64,000 bases of DNA, from the NCBI GenBank assembly GCA_020137815.1, contig CM035360.1, positions 4,030,001 to 4,094,000 on the forward strand, given 5' to 3'. The DNA is from Hormiphora californensis. Taxonomy: Eukaryota > Animalia > Ctenophora. Position numbers and translations under genes: made by a program. The notes below the pieces were generated by a model. It ran no database searches and was not told the origin of the DNA. It was given only the letters and a program-made list of their open reading frames with translations. Shown one piece after another: positions 50,765 through 62,584 of this stretch (the stretch's first letter is position 1; the number at the start of each line of letters is the position of its first letter).

Positions 50765-50900
50765 GCATGCACACACACACACTCTCTCTCTATCTCTCTC
50801 TATCTCCCTCTATCTCTCTCTTTCTCTCTATATCTATCTATCTCTCTATCTCTGTTTCTATATCGATATAGAGAGATCTCTCTATATCTTTATCTCCCCC
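50480..50900. repeat. Degenerate (CT)n microsatellite
   Basis: Direct inspection. Confidence 0.9.
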
Positions 50901-51228
50901 TCTCCCTATTCCCGGCCCTAATTTCTCTCCCCCTCTGATTTTCTACTACTGTAAGTGTATAACGTACTGAGTAACTTACTCTACAGAGACAGGTAAACAG
51001 ACAGCCGACAGGAAAACAGAACGGGGGAACTCAGAAAGATATAAACATAGGAAACAAAACTGTATCAATGGACACTGGATAGTTTCAGTAATGGATATTC
51101 AAGAAGACAGACATAGTCCATGACAAACATCAACCATTGTTTTATATAGGCCGCACAGAAACTGATAGATAATATCTATTAGATACACTGAAAACATACA
51201 TATACAGACATTTAGTTTCATGAACACC

Positions 51229-51487
51229 GAGGGGTCATTCAAATAGGACGTCCAGAGGTAGGGAGGGGGATGTAGCCAATATTTAGTATATCTCTGGACT
51301 TGGACAGGGGGGAGGGGATTAATGCAGTTCGGACTGTCCTAGATTTTTGAAGAAAAATTATACTGATTTGTAGACATTATGGGGACGAAATTCGGAAATC
51401 GAAACGGGAGTGGGGTCTGGGAAATTCGGACTGGCTTGGACAGAGGGGAGGGACCAAAACTCATGGACGTCCTTTTTGAATGGCCCT
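51229..51487. mobile_element. PIF/Harbinger-like MITE
   Basis: TIR gaggggtcattcaaataggacgtcca / tggacgtcctttttgaatggccctc. Confidence 0.6.
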
Positions 51488-52362
51488 CAAAGAAAATACG
51501 GATGTACAAAAGGAAATTTAATATTTTTAGCAAACAAAAATAAACATATTTTCAAGATTTAAATCACAATTTTTTTCAATACCACTATAAAGTATTAACC
51601 GCTCACACCTTCAAACACAATAACACTGAGCTGCATAGAAATCCAAACTACCCAATGCTAATGGGAGACTGACTTGAACATACACTGGCCCAGCCCTAAC
51701 ATAAAAAATAACTCTCAAACTGGACTGTGAAGTTTGTTATCACGAATAGCCAGTAAACAAGATCATTTGCATTATGCATGTTTTATAAAATAACGCTTAT
51801 TTCCCTGCCGTGTAAAGCGCCTAGATACCGTTCCCAGGAACGATATCCAGGCACACCCTGTCTGGCGCCGCGACCCCATCTAGACATGTCTGGCGCCGCG
51901 ACCCATCTGAGAATCAAATGGGGGTATGGCGCCGCCATACAGATCTAGGCGCACTGTTGAGAATCAAATGGGGTATTAGTAATATATACAGGGCACACCA
52001 TAATATTAATGCACTCCACACATTTCATGAAACGGTACCAATGAAGTGGTTTATGAAGGAACAGTTGCTTAGAAGGTAGCATTAAATTGTCTCTCTACCG
52101 ATTTGCTATGCCTCTTTGCAAAGCATTCACCCGGGCAAGAAAAAAAATGTCTTAAATCACAGAATGAATCGCCGAAGTAATATCATCCCTCAATCTCATC
52201 ACCCAGGCGGGATTCAATTCCGTGCATCACACATCTCATGACTCACAAGAAGTTTAGAACGGGGTATATAAAAGTTTGTACACACGAAGACAATATCAAA
52301 ACAAAAGTCCTTCAGACGCTTCATCCCACACACCCGCCAGGTAGGTCTCTAACCAGGTAGAA

Positions 52363-52542
52363 TTAAAGGAACCTGTAGCAGTAGAGTTCATCATCACACA
52401 TGGTAGATCCCCCGCGTACGCAGTAGGTACTTCCTTCCGGGATTGTCAATTCTGATATTGAGTCGCTTGACACTGAACAATTCAAGTCTGATACAGTACT
52501 ATTCATCTTGTACCACTGTACGCTCTCAGGGTTTCCTATACC
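52363..52542 (-). CDS. Possible terminal exon of an unidentified Cys-containing protein
   Basis: Polypyrimidine/AG acceptor followed by GIGNPESVQWYK...YCVRGGSTMCDDELYCYRFL*. Confidence 0.35.
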   Translation of the reverse strand, partial: GIGNPESVQWYKMNSTVSDLNCSVSSDSISELTIPEGSTYCVRGGSTMCDDELYCYRFL

Positions 52543-52742
52543 TGATAAGAAAATGATAGGGGTTAGAATTTCGGTTTCCAAATTAACAGAACAATCGATT
52601 TTGAAGAAAAATGAGCCCGCGGTCCGGCTCCCTTTATTGTACTAACTACTAACCTATTATTAGATCTATGTAGATACCGAGTGAGTTGCATAAAATACTG
52701 GTTCTGGGTCATGTCTAGGAATAATGAATATTATTAATTTAT

Positions 52743-52783
52743 AGAGAGAGAGAGAGAGAGAGAAGAGAGAAAAGAGAGACTAG

Positions 52784-52873
<90 letters not shown>
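52743..52873. repeat. (GA)n(GT)n compound microsatellite
   Basis: Direct inspection. Confidence 0.95.
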
Positions 52874-52876
<3 letters not shown>

Positions 52877-52999
52877 ATCTACATATATAGTCGCTGTCAG
52901 AGCATAAACATTGACCGAACTGTGAAGCAGGAAGTGTGAAATTTAAAATCCGACCGACTAGACTGAGAGCTGATGGGCGCAGAATAGCGAGGGATATTA

Positions 53000-53256
53000 C
53001 AGGGTGGTTCAGAAACATGGAGCCACTTGGAGATAAGAATTTGAAAATTAAAATCATCTCTCTCTCTCTCTCTCTCTATTGTAAGGATCTAAATTTCAAC
53101 GTGTTACCCTGTCAGTTGACAGGAAAGAGTGACTCCCTGTCGATCGCAATCTTCAGGGGACAATTTTTCTAGTCAAGAGACTGTGAAAATACGTGTTTAA
53201 TTACACTGTACATCGGAGAGCGAACTGTATTGACTCCATGTTTCTGAACCACCCTG
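53000..53256. mobile_element. Tc1/mariner-type MITE
   Basis: TA|CAGGGTGGTTCAGAAACATGGAG...CTCCATGTTTCTGAACCACCCTG|TA. Confidence 0.75.
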
Positions 53257-53929
53257 TATTCAATACTACAAAAATCAACATTTCATTGTCATGAGAGGCA
53301 GGTCGCCCGTCGCAGGAGGATGGTAACAATGAAGTATTCAAAATGCGAATAATGCCAGGGAAACAAGGTGAAACAACAATATAGAGGTGCCCGTACAATG
53401 TGTATGACGATAAGGAAGAATTCAGCGGACACAGTGTCAGACGACTGACGACTCACAGAAGAACAAAGAAAGAAGACAAGACTGAGAAAAGACTTACACA
53501 CGTATTCTGCTGACTCGCGCGCGACATCACCTGTAATGAAAGCACAACCGCGCAGCATTCAGCAGTTTCACCCCTCAAAAGTTGGTTCCATTTGGTTCCA
53601 ACGCGCAGCCGCTAGGTCCCCTCGAAAATTTGGGGGGGGGGGGGGGGTGCGCGGCGTCATTTTTTGATTTGCGCGTTGGAGCGCGCTGCGCGTTTTGGAG
53701 ATTCTGCAGAATGTCGATTTCGAAATTCCAAGCTTTCCAGATTTTTTTAAAAAGTGTGCATTCAACTCTTGTTGCGCTTCGGGGAACCAAGAGAAGGGTT
53801 GTCACTTGTCCCAGTCAGTGTGGAAGATGTAGACTTTCGAGACAAGTGAGCAGAGAGAGGGAGTATGAGAGTATGACGGTGTGTGGGTAATTTATTATAA
53901 TTTAATCTTGGAATCTACTTTGATGAAAC

Positions 53930-55716
53930 TAACCATAGCTGCGAAACTGCCACTGTGAAGATTGTCAATGACATCCTCATGCAGATAGACAAAAAGTCCC
54001 AGGTTATCTTAGTCTTGTTGGACCTATCCGCCGCCTTCGACACGATTTCTCACTCCAAACTATTACATCGACTTGAGACTGAATATCGAATGGGAGGCCG
54101 GGTTCTCAAGTGGATAAAGTCCTACCTATCTGGACGATCTGCCAAGGTTAAGATAGGAACTATTGAGTCCAGTCCCAATCAGATTGAGATTGGCGTTCCC
54201 CAAGGGTCCATACTGGGACCACTTCTGTTTATCTTGTACACGAAGGATTTAGAAAAGATTGCTGCTCTATATGGTCTCAGCCTCCACATGTACGCTGATG
54301 ACTCTCAGCTTTACATCTCCTTTCAACCAGACTCCATCGCTGATGTCATTGATAGGTTACAGAAATGTGTGGCACATATAAGGGTGTGGATGGCACACAA
54401 TATGTTGAAACTAAATCCTGACAAAACAGAAGTGCTCATCTTGAAGAGTAAATGGAGCAAAGCAGCAGAAACTGAGACTATTCAAATTGATCCAGAAGAG
54501 GAGGAAACGACGGTCGCTCCATCTGCAAGAAACTTGGGCGTGATATTCGACAGTACCCTATCCATGTCCGATCACGTTACTAAAGTTGTTCAAGCATGTA
54601 ACTTTCAACTTGTGCAAATGTGGAGGATTGCTGGGAAACTCAACAAGATGCAGAAAACGAAGCTGGTGACAACTCTCATCCATAGTCGTATAGATTACTG
54701 CAATTCCCTGTTTTCTTCTATGAAAGATAGTGATCTAAAGAGACTCCAAAAGATCCAAAACGCTGCGACACGATTTATATATGGCAAGAGAGGCAGACGC
54801 GGTGTGACAAAACTGAGAATGAAATCACATTTCTTACCTGTAAGACAAAGAATAGAGTATAAAATTTGCTTACTGGTATATAAAACCATCCATGGAAAAT
54901 CACCCCCCTACATGGCTGAAATGTTAATGAAGCGACCTCAGAAAGTTCAGTCACTCAGGATTGATAACGATGATACAACCCTCAAGGAAATACGGAGAAG
55001 TGAGTTTCACTACGAAAGCACCAAAGGGGCGTTCAGTGTTGCAGCTCCAAAAATGTGGAATGAATTACCACGAGGGATTCGTGACTCCAAATCCCTATCA
55101 TCATTCAAAACAGCACTGAAGACACACCTCTTCTATAAAGCATACGGACAGTAACTGCATTGTAATATCTGTACTGGGTCCTTTTACTCCAACATTATTT
55201 CCCATCGGTTTTTCCGGGTCCTTTCACTTCAGCCTACTTCCCATCAGTTCCAGCATGAGTCCTGGGTCCTTTCCCCCCCCCCTTTGCGACAACATTCCTG
55301 GGTTCCTTTACTCCAACCTAAATTCACATCGGTTTTTGGGTCCCTTTACTTCACTGCTTAATCCATATCAGAAACAGTGTTATAATGATGACTTGTCTAA
55401 CTGTGTTTTCTCATTACTATTGTTATTCGTGTGGCACCCAATCATTAATCAATGTGTAAGAAAACCAACTGTTATTATATAATGTATTGATTGACTTGAT
55501 GATTCGGACAGTACCTAATGTACTTACATATTTCTCGTTACCTAATTGCTATACTCCGCTTAAGGTAACTAGTAATATTATTATTACCGGGCCTGGTTAT
55601 ATGTTAGTGCAAACTGCATTGTGCATATCGAGGCTCGTATAGTGTATGAGCGGACGTTGATTTTATTGACATTATAAATTCTGTTTTAATCTTGAATCTT
55701 GAATCTTGAATCTTGA
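53930..55716 (+). mobile_element. 5'-truncated L2/CR1-group LINE (RT C-terminal half 53930-55154, 3' UTR, (ATCTTGA)n tail)
   Basis: LDLSAAFDT, GVPQGSILGP, YADD, LNPDKTE, RNLGV, SRIDYCNS and FKTALKTHLF, with a tandem tail at ~55688-55716. Confidence 0.9.
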
Positions 55717-56670
55717 CTGTCAATGGAAAGCCATGTGTCACAAGTGGTCAGACGCTGCTCTATGTATCTTCATAACATGTGGCGTATAACTGGAAAGCTA
55801 GATAAAGACTCCAAAGTGAGACTTGTTAACGTCTTCATACACTCCATCCTGGACTTTGGGAACTCTCTGCTTTATGGTATCAAGACATCACAAATACAGA
55901 GGCTACAGAAACTTCAAAATGCTGCAGTGAGGTTTGTTCGGGGCACGAGGGAACGCCGAGGGATCACTGTACTCAGAAAAGAGTTACACTTCTTACCAGT
56001 CAATATGAGAATCTGCTACAAAATATGCTTCCTCATGTTTAATGTGATCAATCACAGAGCTCCGGAATACCTAATGGAAATGGTGACTAAAAGATCGGCA
56101 AAACCACAAGGGCTAAGAGCAGACAACGATCACACATTACTCGAGAAAAGAACCCACTCTGTGAGGTACAAAATTAGTGAAAGAAGACTCTCGATTGCTG
56201 GACCCCAGCTGTGGAATGAACTACCAAGACAATTAAGGGAGGAAACTTCAGAAGACCGCTTCAAGGTGCTCCTCAAGACTCATCTTTTCCAGAGGGCTTA
56301 TAATGGAGAGTGATTATAGTCTGTTGTAGTAAGAGTTTGTCGGTGTGTGTAATGTTTGCAGAAGACAATTTAGTAAAGGAATCCCAGCTTGTTGTATGTG
56401 TGTGTAGGGAGTTTTTCTGTTGTTAGTTTGGAGTTGATGTGTGAGTCAGTATCGTACTGGTCTAAGGGTTTTCGAGTTGTTCCCGGAGTTGATGTGTGAG
56501 GAGTTGTACTATTGTGATAAAAGGAATTCGTTGAATTTTTAGAGTTAGTAGGGACTAAGGAGTAGGGAGTCAGGAGATATAGAGGAGGTTGTTTGTATGT
56601 CTGGTGGTCAGTTGAATACTTTCCGTATTGTTCTAGAAAGTGGAGACTTGGAGACTCGAGTTGATTGATT
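55717..56670 (+). mobile_element. Second, shorter 5'-truncated L2/CR1-group LINE (ORF end 56313), directly abutting the tail of the first
   Basis: LDFGNSLLYG, LQKLQNAAVR, LHFLPV..RI.YK and FKVLLKTHLF. Confidence 0.85.
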
Positions 56671-56724
56671 GGTTTCTTTTTATGTGACGGATCCCCAGAA
56701 CTCGGTAAAAAAAGAGCCTGGGCT

Positions 56725-56806
56725 AAAAAATCAAAAAATCAAAAAAAAAAGAAAAAAAAAAAGAAAAAAAAAAAAAGAAAGAAAAAAGAAAAAAAAAGAA
56801 GAGGCA

Positions 56807-56840
<34 letters not shown>
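56725..56840 (+). repeat. Degenerate poly(A) tract
   Basis: Direct inspection. Confidence 0.85.
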
Positions 56841-56841
<1 letters not shown>

Positions 56842-58242
56842 CCCACCCTCCCCCTCCCTGCAGACTTACTTTGACAATGACAGTAGATTAACACTCGATA
56901 TGAACAATAAACGACCCACACCATGGTATGGCGCTGTGTATTGTCAAGTACTATACTTTCCAATACACAGAGCCAGCCTGCATACGGAGGTTCCGACTGA
57001 CAATTAAATCACCACCTCCGGTGCAAAATATTTTCAGGTGTTAAGATGGGCTTATCGTGACAATATCATGAACTCTTAGACAGAGGATTGAGTAGGGCAA
57101 GTAATTAATATTCAATCCAATTAAGTTTCAATCCTCGACCCCCTTTAGTAGTGTCTAGAGATATTAGTTATACTAGACAGTAAACTGTCCACTAACACGT
57201 AACCTAAACACCCGCAAGCGGGCCGTTTCTCTCCCCTTTTTCAGTATTTAGGTCATTGAAGTTTCCTCAAGTCTTGAGTTTCCTAGTAGTCCGAGATCAA
57301 GCATCATCCTGGGTACAGTTGAAAGTACGGGGGACACGCTAGCATTATTTAGTGGCGACTAGGGAGACTAGGGATAATGGATGTGCAAGGGAGTCATGAA
57401 TGGGTGGCCCAAAACTGTGACGAAATGTATATGAACTGCTCCCGTTTCATAGACAATTGCAAACTGTGCCATGTTATTTAATCAGAGGTTTAAATTGCGA
57501 AATAAGACATAAGTGTGAAGTGAAGTATGTGTGTATGCGTGTTTTTAACTAACTTATTAACTACTAACTTATTAACTACTAATTTATTAACTAATTATCT
57601 AATGCATGAAGATCTGGACTCTTATAGTTATATAAATTGTATATACAAGGACTTAATTGACAACAGACATTAATTATTCTAATTAGTTTCTTGAATTGTG
57701 TGTATTGGAGCCTCCTTCGAATGGCCTGGGCTTATACAGTTGTGTGTGTTACCGAGCGATTCGAAGTAGGCTCCACCGCTTTAGAAAGTCGTTAGTTTTG
57801 CCTGTGTGTGATTTAGCATATGTAAGTGCTCTTCTAGCAGTAGACTACAAAGCGGAATATTAAATATTTGTATGATGATGATGATGATGATGATGATGAA
57901 TAATAATAATAATAATATTCCACGCTTGTATACCGCCCATACCCGACGGAAACATGTCAAAATATTGGCGATGTTCCGACGAGTCATCAGAGCGGTATAA
58001 CCTCGATTAAATATATGACACACACGAACACTCTGGTTGAAAAAAGAACAGTATATTGTAAGACTAAATTAACTGGACTTATAAAACTGAAGGAATAACT
58101 GGTCCCATAAACCTGTAGATATAAATTCAAAACACACTTTACTTACACCTGCTCGAAAAAAGGATACTAGGTAGTGAATTAGTAACATGGCTAGAGAGAG
58201 GATGACACTGATTGCCCGCAGGCCCCACAACTACAACAAACA

Positions 58243-61200
58243 TTACAACTCAGTCATGGGTTCCCCATCACCCACTCCAAATGCACCAACGAAGAGATGT
58301 GTTTTCAGCCGGGTTTTGAAGGTTTCCACGTTGGGGATTGACCTGAGCTCAAGGGGAAGCTCATTCCAGACAGAAGGCAGGAATACTGATAACCTCCTAC
58401 GTCTCAACTTAGAGTTGGCATTAATACTGGTCATCTTTGGATGTTTTAACCTATAGGGATCCGGAACATTAGTCATTCTCGTAGTCCTAGAGGTTCCCCA
58501 AGTCTCATCACGTGGCACCAAATCCTGGAGATAACACGGGGCTGTTCCATTGACTATTTTATAGGCAATCAAACATGCTTTGAAGTCCAGCCTGTAGGAG
58601 ATCGGTAAAATATGACACTGCCTGAAATACTCCATATAGTTGTCCTGGTGTCCATGGAGGTTAAATACAAAACGAACACAGGCATTGAGAAGTTTCTGGA
58701 GCCCGCTGAGAACTCGGCCAGGAAGTCCACAATACAGAATGTTGCTGTAATCAATTCTAGAAATGATCAACTGTTTCACCAACATGATCTTTGTTGTAAC
58801 ATCAAAACACTTGTGTAATTGCCAGAGATTCCGTAATATCAGTCCACACTGTTTCCTCACATTATTAACCTGTCGTTCAAGATTTAGATTGTGATCCAAG
58901 AGAATTCCTAGTGTTTTACCATCTGTTCCACTACATTCACTAGGGAAGATTTCTGTTCCACCGAAGTTGATTACTGGATCGAAAGTGACTTTACTTAACG
59001 AACTGCGTTTTCCAAGGAGGATGAATTCTGTCTTAGCCTCGTTGCACTTCAACCACTGTCCTACCATCCACCTCTTCACCTTCGCCAGACATTCCTCAAT
59101 ATCCACCTTTGCCTCCGACCAGCCCGTAGAATCCGTAGGAACCAGACTCACATAGAGCTGGGAGTCATCCGCGTATAGCTTTATCCGTAGACCATAAGGT
59201 TCCACAATGTCTTGCACAGCTTCAATGTATAGTAGAAACAAAATTGGACCAAGAAGGGACCCCTGGGGTACTCCACATAGTAAGGCCAGGGTTTCCGAAA
59301 GACAATCACCTACAGAGACTCTGAAAGATCTGGAACTCAGGTAGCTCTTAAACCATTGAAGAGGATCACCATCCACTCCAAACCGATTCTGCAACACCTC
59401 CAACAACTTTCCGTGATCCACTGTGTCAAACGCAGCACTCATGTCCAAACAAATGAGAGCCACTACATTTCCTTTATCCATCTCACCTAATACATCATCA
59501 AACATGCTGGCTAACAGAGTTTCACAGCTGTGCCCAACACGATAACCAGACTGGTGCTTGCCCAAAAGAGAATTCCGTTCAAGGTAATCATTTAGTTGCG
59601 TGAGAACTACCTTCTCTAGGAGCTTCGAAAGGAATGGAATATTCGAAACAGGACGGTAGTTACTGAGAGCTTCCCGATCCCCATACATATTCTTAATAGT
59701 AGGGAACACGATCGCCTTCTGGAGAGTTTCTGCTACTGTTGAATGATGGAGAGAGTGGTTCACCATTGATGTTAATACAGGAGCAAGTTCCCGTATACAC
59801 TCCTTAACTACCCAAGTGGGTAATGGGTCAAGATCGCAGTGTTTACTTGACATAGATTTCACAATTGAAACAAGTTCCTCCTCAGATACCTCTCTGAATT
59901 CCTTCCACGTTGTATGACAAGTTCTTCCAGGTTCCTCAAATTCACCAGCTTGTTGCTGTTCTTCGTTAACTTGGTTCCGAATTTTGGTCACTTTGGAACT
60001 AAAAAACTGTGAGAAATCATCAGCCAAGTTCTTAGAGCTAGTAGTTTCAGGGAGAATAGTTTCAGCCTTTCCCAGGAGTTTTTGGAGTTTATTTTGTAGT
60101 TTCTTCGGATCCCCTTTCACTGCATCCAAATCCTCTTTGATGAAAAGTGACCTCTTATCCTTATCCATATTTCCATACAGTTTCTTCAGGTCATTAAACC
60201 TCCGCTTCGCATCCTCAGTTCCATGTTTCCGCCAATACCGTTCCGCACTCCTCCTCTTACGAAGTAATCCCCTAAGTTCCTCATCCCTCCACGGCTTAAA
60301 CTTTTTCCCCGTCCTCACCCGCTTCCTCGGTACTCGCTTTTCCACTATCCCTTCCAGCCAACGATAGAAGTTCACAACACCCTCCTCTGGATCCCTCCCT
60401 TCCTCAAAATCTGCTTTCCTCAAGTCCTCTTTAAATCCCTCCAAATCCATTGACTTGTAGTCCACATATTCTCGAAACACTGATTTCTTCAGACGGGAGT
60501 TAGACAGGTCAGGTCTCACTTGAATCCCAAACCGCACCAGGAAGTGATCTGAAGTAGTACCATTTGGAAAGATGGATATGTCATCCAGAGCAGTTTCTCT
60601 CGTAGTTATCACCAGATCCAAGGTTCCTCCATGCCTATGAGTAGGCAACAGTGGTACTCTTTGTTGAAGGTCAAACGAATCCAGGAGCTCCAACAGTTTC
60701 CTCGAATAGAAGTTGTTAGCATCTTGTACCTGGAAATTTAGGTCTCCAGCGATAATCGGAGTACCTTGTTTCATAACAAGCTCAGAGAGGTAGTCACCAA
60801 ACTCCGACAGGAAAGTTGCCTCCGTAAGTCTTGACTTCGGTGTGTATGGAGGGCGGTAAATATTACAGAGTCTCTTCGGTTGGTCCCTGTCACTGATGAG
60901 AACCTCTTGAACTTGAAATGATTTATACTTGGTCTTCACCGGACACTGTCGAAGAACTAAGCCATCTCGAAAGAGAATTCCAATCCCTCCACCTCCTCTG
61001 TCTCCTCTGGGGCATGAGAATATATCCCATCCATTATCTCTGATTTCTTGGAGTTTTCCCGTGTCTGTGGACTTTAAAAATGTTTCCTGTATGAGACAGA
61101 TATCACAATCAGCGTCTTCCAGATGTGAAATAACACCTCCAGTTTTATTGACAAGAGATCGGACATTTAATGTCCCAATCTTCCAAGTCTTTTCCTGTGT

Positions 61201-61281
61201 AGTTCCTCCTTTGTCCTCGTCCAGTACAGGTTTTTTTCCTCTTTGCTGACACCTGAAGTCCTCTCCATAAGCCGTGCTCGT
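58243..61281 (-). CDS. LINE ORF2: APE endonuclease + reverse transcriptase; open frame extends upstream to 61281 without an ATG
   Basis: KIGTLNVRSL, IQETFL, GGGIG, IYRPP, GDLN, TLDLV and SDH (APE). NYRPVS, QSGYR, LDMSAAFDTVDH, GVPQGSLLGP and YADD (RT). Confidence 0.93.
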   Translation of the reverse strand, partial: TSTAYGEDFRCQQRGKKPVLDEDKGGTTQEKTWKIGTLNVRSLVNKTGGVISHLEDADCDICLIQETFLKSTDTGKLQEIRDNGWDIFSCPRGDRGGGGIGILFRDGLVLRQCPVKTKYKSFQVQEVLISDRDQPKRLCNIYRPPYTPKSRLTEATFLSEFGDYLSELVMKQGTPIIAGDLNFQVQDANNFYSRKLLELLDSFDLQQRVPLLPTHRHGGTLDLVITTRETALDDISIFPNGTTSDHFLVRFGIQVRPDLSNSRLKKSVFREYVDYKSMDLEGFKEDLRKADFEEGRDPEEGVVNFYRWLEGIVEKRVPRKRVRTGKKFKPWRDEELRGLLRKRRSAERYWRKHGTEDAKRRFNDLKKLYGNMDKDKRSLFIKEDLDAVKGDPKKLQNKLQKLLGKAETILPETTSSKNLADDFSQFFSSKVTKIRNQVNEEQQQAGEFEEPGRTCHTTWKEFREVSEEELVSIVKSMSSKHCDLDPLPTWVVKECIRELAPVLTSMVNHSLHHSTVAETLQKAIVFPTIKNMYGDREALSNYRPVSNIPFLSKLLEKVVLTQLNDYLERNSLLGKHQSGYRVGHSCETLLASMFDDVLGEMDKGNVVALICLDMSAAFDTVDHGKLLEVLQNRFGVDGDPLQWFKSYLSSRSFRVSVGDCLSETLALLCGVPQGSLLGPILFLLYIEAVQDIVEPYGLRIKLYADDSQLYVSLVPTDSTGWSEAKVDIEECLAKVKRWMVGQWLKCNEAKTEFILLGKRSSLSKVTFDPVINFGGTEIFPSECSGTDGKTLGILLDHNLNLERQVNNVRKQCGLILRNLWQLHKCFDVTTKIMLVKQLIISRIDYSNILYCGLPGRVLSGLQKLLNACVRFVFNLHGHQDNYMEYFRQCHILPISYRLDFKACLIAYKIVNGTAPCYLQDLVPRDETWGTSRTTRMTNVPDPYRLKHPKMTSINANSKLRRRRLSVFLPSVWNELPLELRSIPNVETFKTRLKTHLFVGAFGVGDGEPMTEL

Positions 61282-62401
61282 TCATTGATGTACGAGGGAC
61301 ACCACATACTAGAAGCTGTATGGGTCCTCGCATACTTCTTGTCCTCTCTTGATCCTCCCACCGCACAGTTCACACACTTCATCTTACCAGTCTCGTTGTT
61401 CTTCTTTGCTCTACAGTCCTTTGTCTGGTGTGTTCCAGCACAAAAACAGCACACAGGATTTTCCTTCTGAGGACAGTAGATTGAGCCTGCTATATGTCCG
61501 TATCCTTGACAGTGATAGCATTGAATCACATGATACCTGTTCTTGACAAAATGTTGTCGAAGACCTAAGTTGAGTTTATCACCGTTGTTAGACAAAAGCC
61601 TCCGGATCTCTGGAGCCATCTGGATCACCGCATACCTATCTCTTTCGCTAACAAACACCACTTTCAACTTCTTATCCTCATGATAAAGCTTTCTGATATC
61701 CTCATTTTTGTCCAAAATCGCTGCCAGGATAGTTTCCTTTTTCAGTAGTTCAGGGTTCAAATCATTGATGGTAACCTTTGGTTCAAGCTTCTTGGCTTCC
61801 TCTGAGAAGAATGACATAGAACAGTCCTGTGCAAGAGGAGTCAAAACTTTCTCTGCTTCCTTCATCTGGTCTTCATTAGGGAAATACAGCCGGGTATGGT
61901 CACTCTGGATCTCACCACCGGTATCGTCTTCAACGCAGTTTCCACTTTAGGTTTGACCTCATCAGTCCACTTCTTCGCACAGAATCCTGGCCCTCCTTCC
62001 TCATTGATGCCAGTTTTAATATTCACATAGTGTTTCATCGTAGGTATAACCGGTTCCTCTGGATCACCACCACCAATATCACTTCTACTATTCTCCATAG
62101 GTTTGACCAAAGCAGAGATAGTGGAAACCAGATCCTTGTGCAGCTTTGCAAACGACTCTTTCAGATCAGTCTGGTCTCCAGGAACAGAAAACGGTGCCGA
62201 CGCCGGAAGCATGTTGTAACAGGCTTTGAGGAGATGCCACAACTGAGGTTTATGGACAGACGACGGACAAACAGTGTCACCCCTCTCAAGGCACACTAAC
62301 AAATCACTACCCTTATAATCATTACTAAATACTTCTCCTGATAACACGTCTTCAAAATCACTCTTAGTGATACATATGTCATAATTACTCGTAACGGTCA
62401 T
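61167..62401 (-). CDS. LINE ORF1, gag-like with three Zn-knuckles (one frameshift near 61900)
   Basis: CYHCQGYGH..C, CCFCAGTHQTKDC and CVNC...H....C. The two ORFs 62401-61862 and 61865-61167 join across a frameshift. Confidence 0.85.
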
Positions 62402-62541
62402 CCTAAAACACCCGTTGCACGCCGGCCAACAGCAAACTCTTCACTGATATCACTCGTAAGTTAAGTTAAAGTAGGCCTAACAGAGATCTATAAGATTAGA
62501 GAATAGATGCTAACACAGTTATCGGAACGATTGACGGCAAA

Positions 62542-62584
62542 CTCAAAATAATTTGTTTAAAGTAGTGTTGAAAAGTTTGAAACT
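62542..62584 (-). other. Spliced-leader exon copy forming the LINE 5' end
   Basis: The minus strand reads AGTTTCAAACTTTTCAACACTACTTTAAACAAATTATTTTGAG, with 1 mismatch to 31074-31116. It is followed by TTTGCC, so there is no GT donor. Confidence 0.87.

Larger units (their letters stand above)
57872..62584 (-). mobile_element. Full-length L2/CR1-group LINE (~4.7 kb) capped by a spliced leader; 3' (TTA)n(TCA)n tail
   Basis: SL 62584-62542, 140-nt 5' UTR, ORF1, ORF2, 3' UTR, and a simple-repeat tail at ~57872-57918. Confidence 0.9.
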
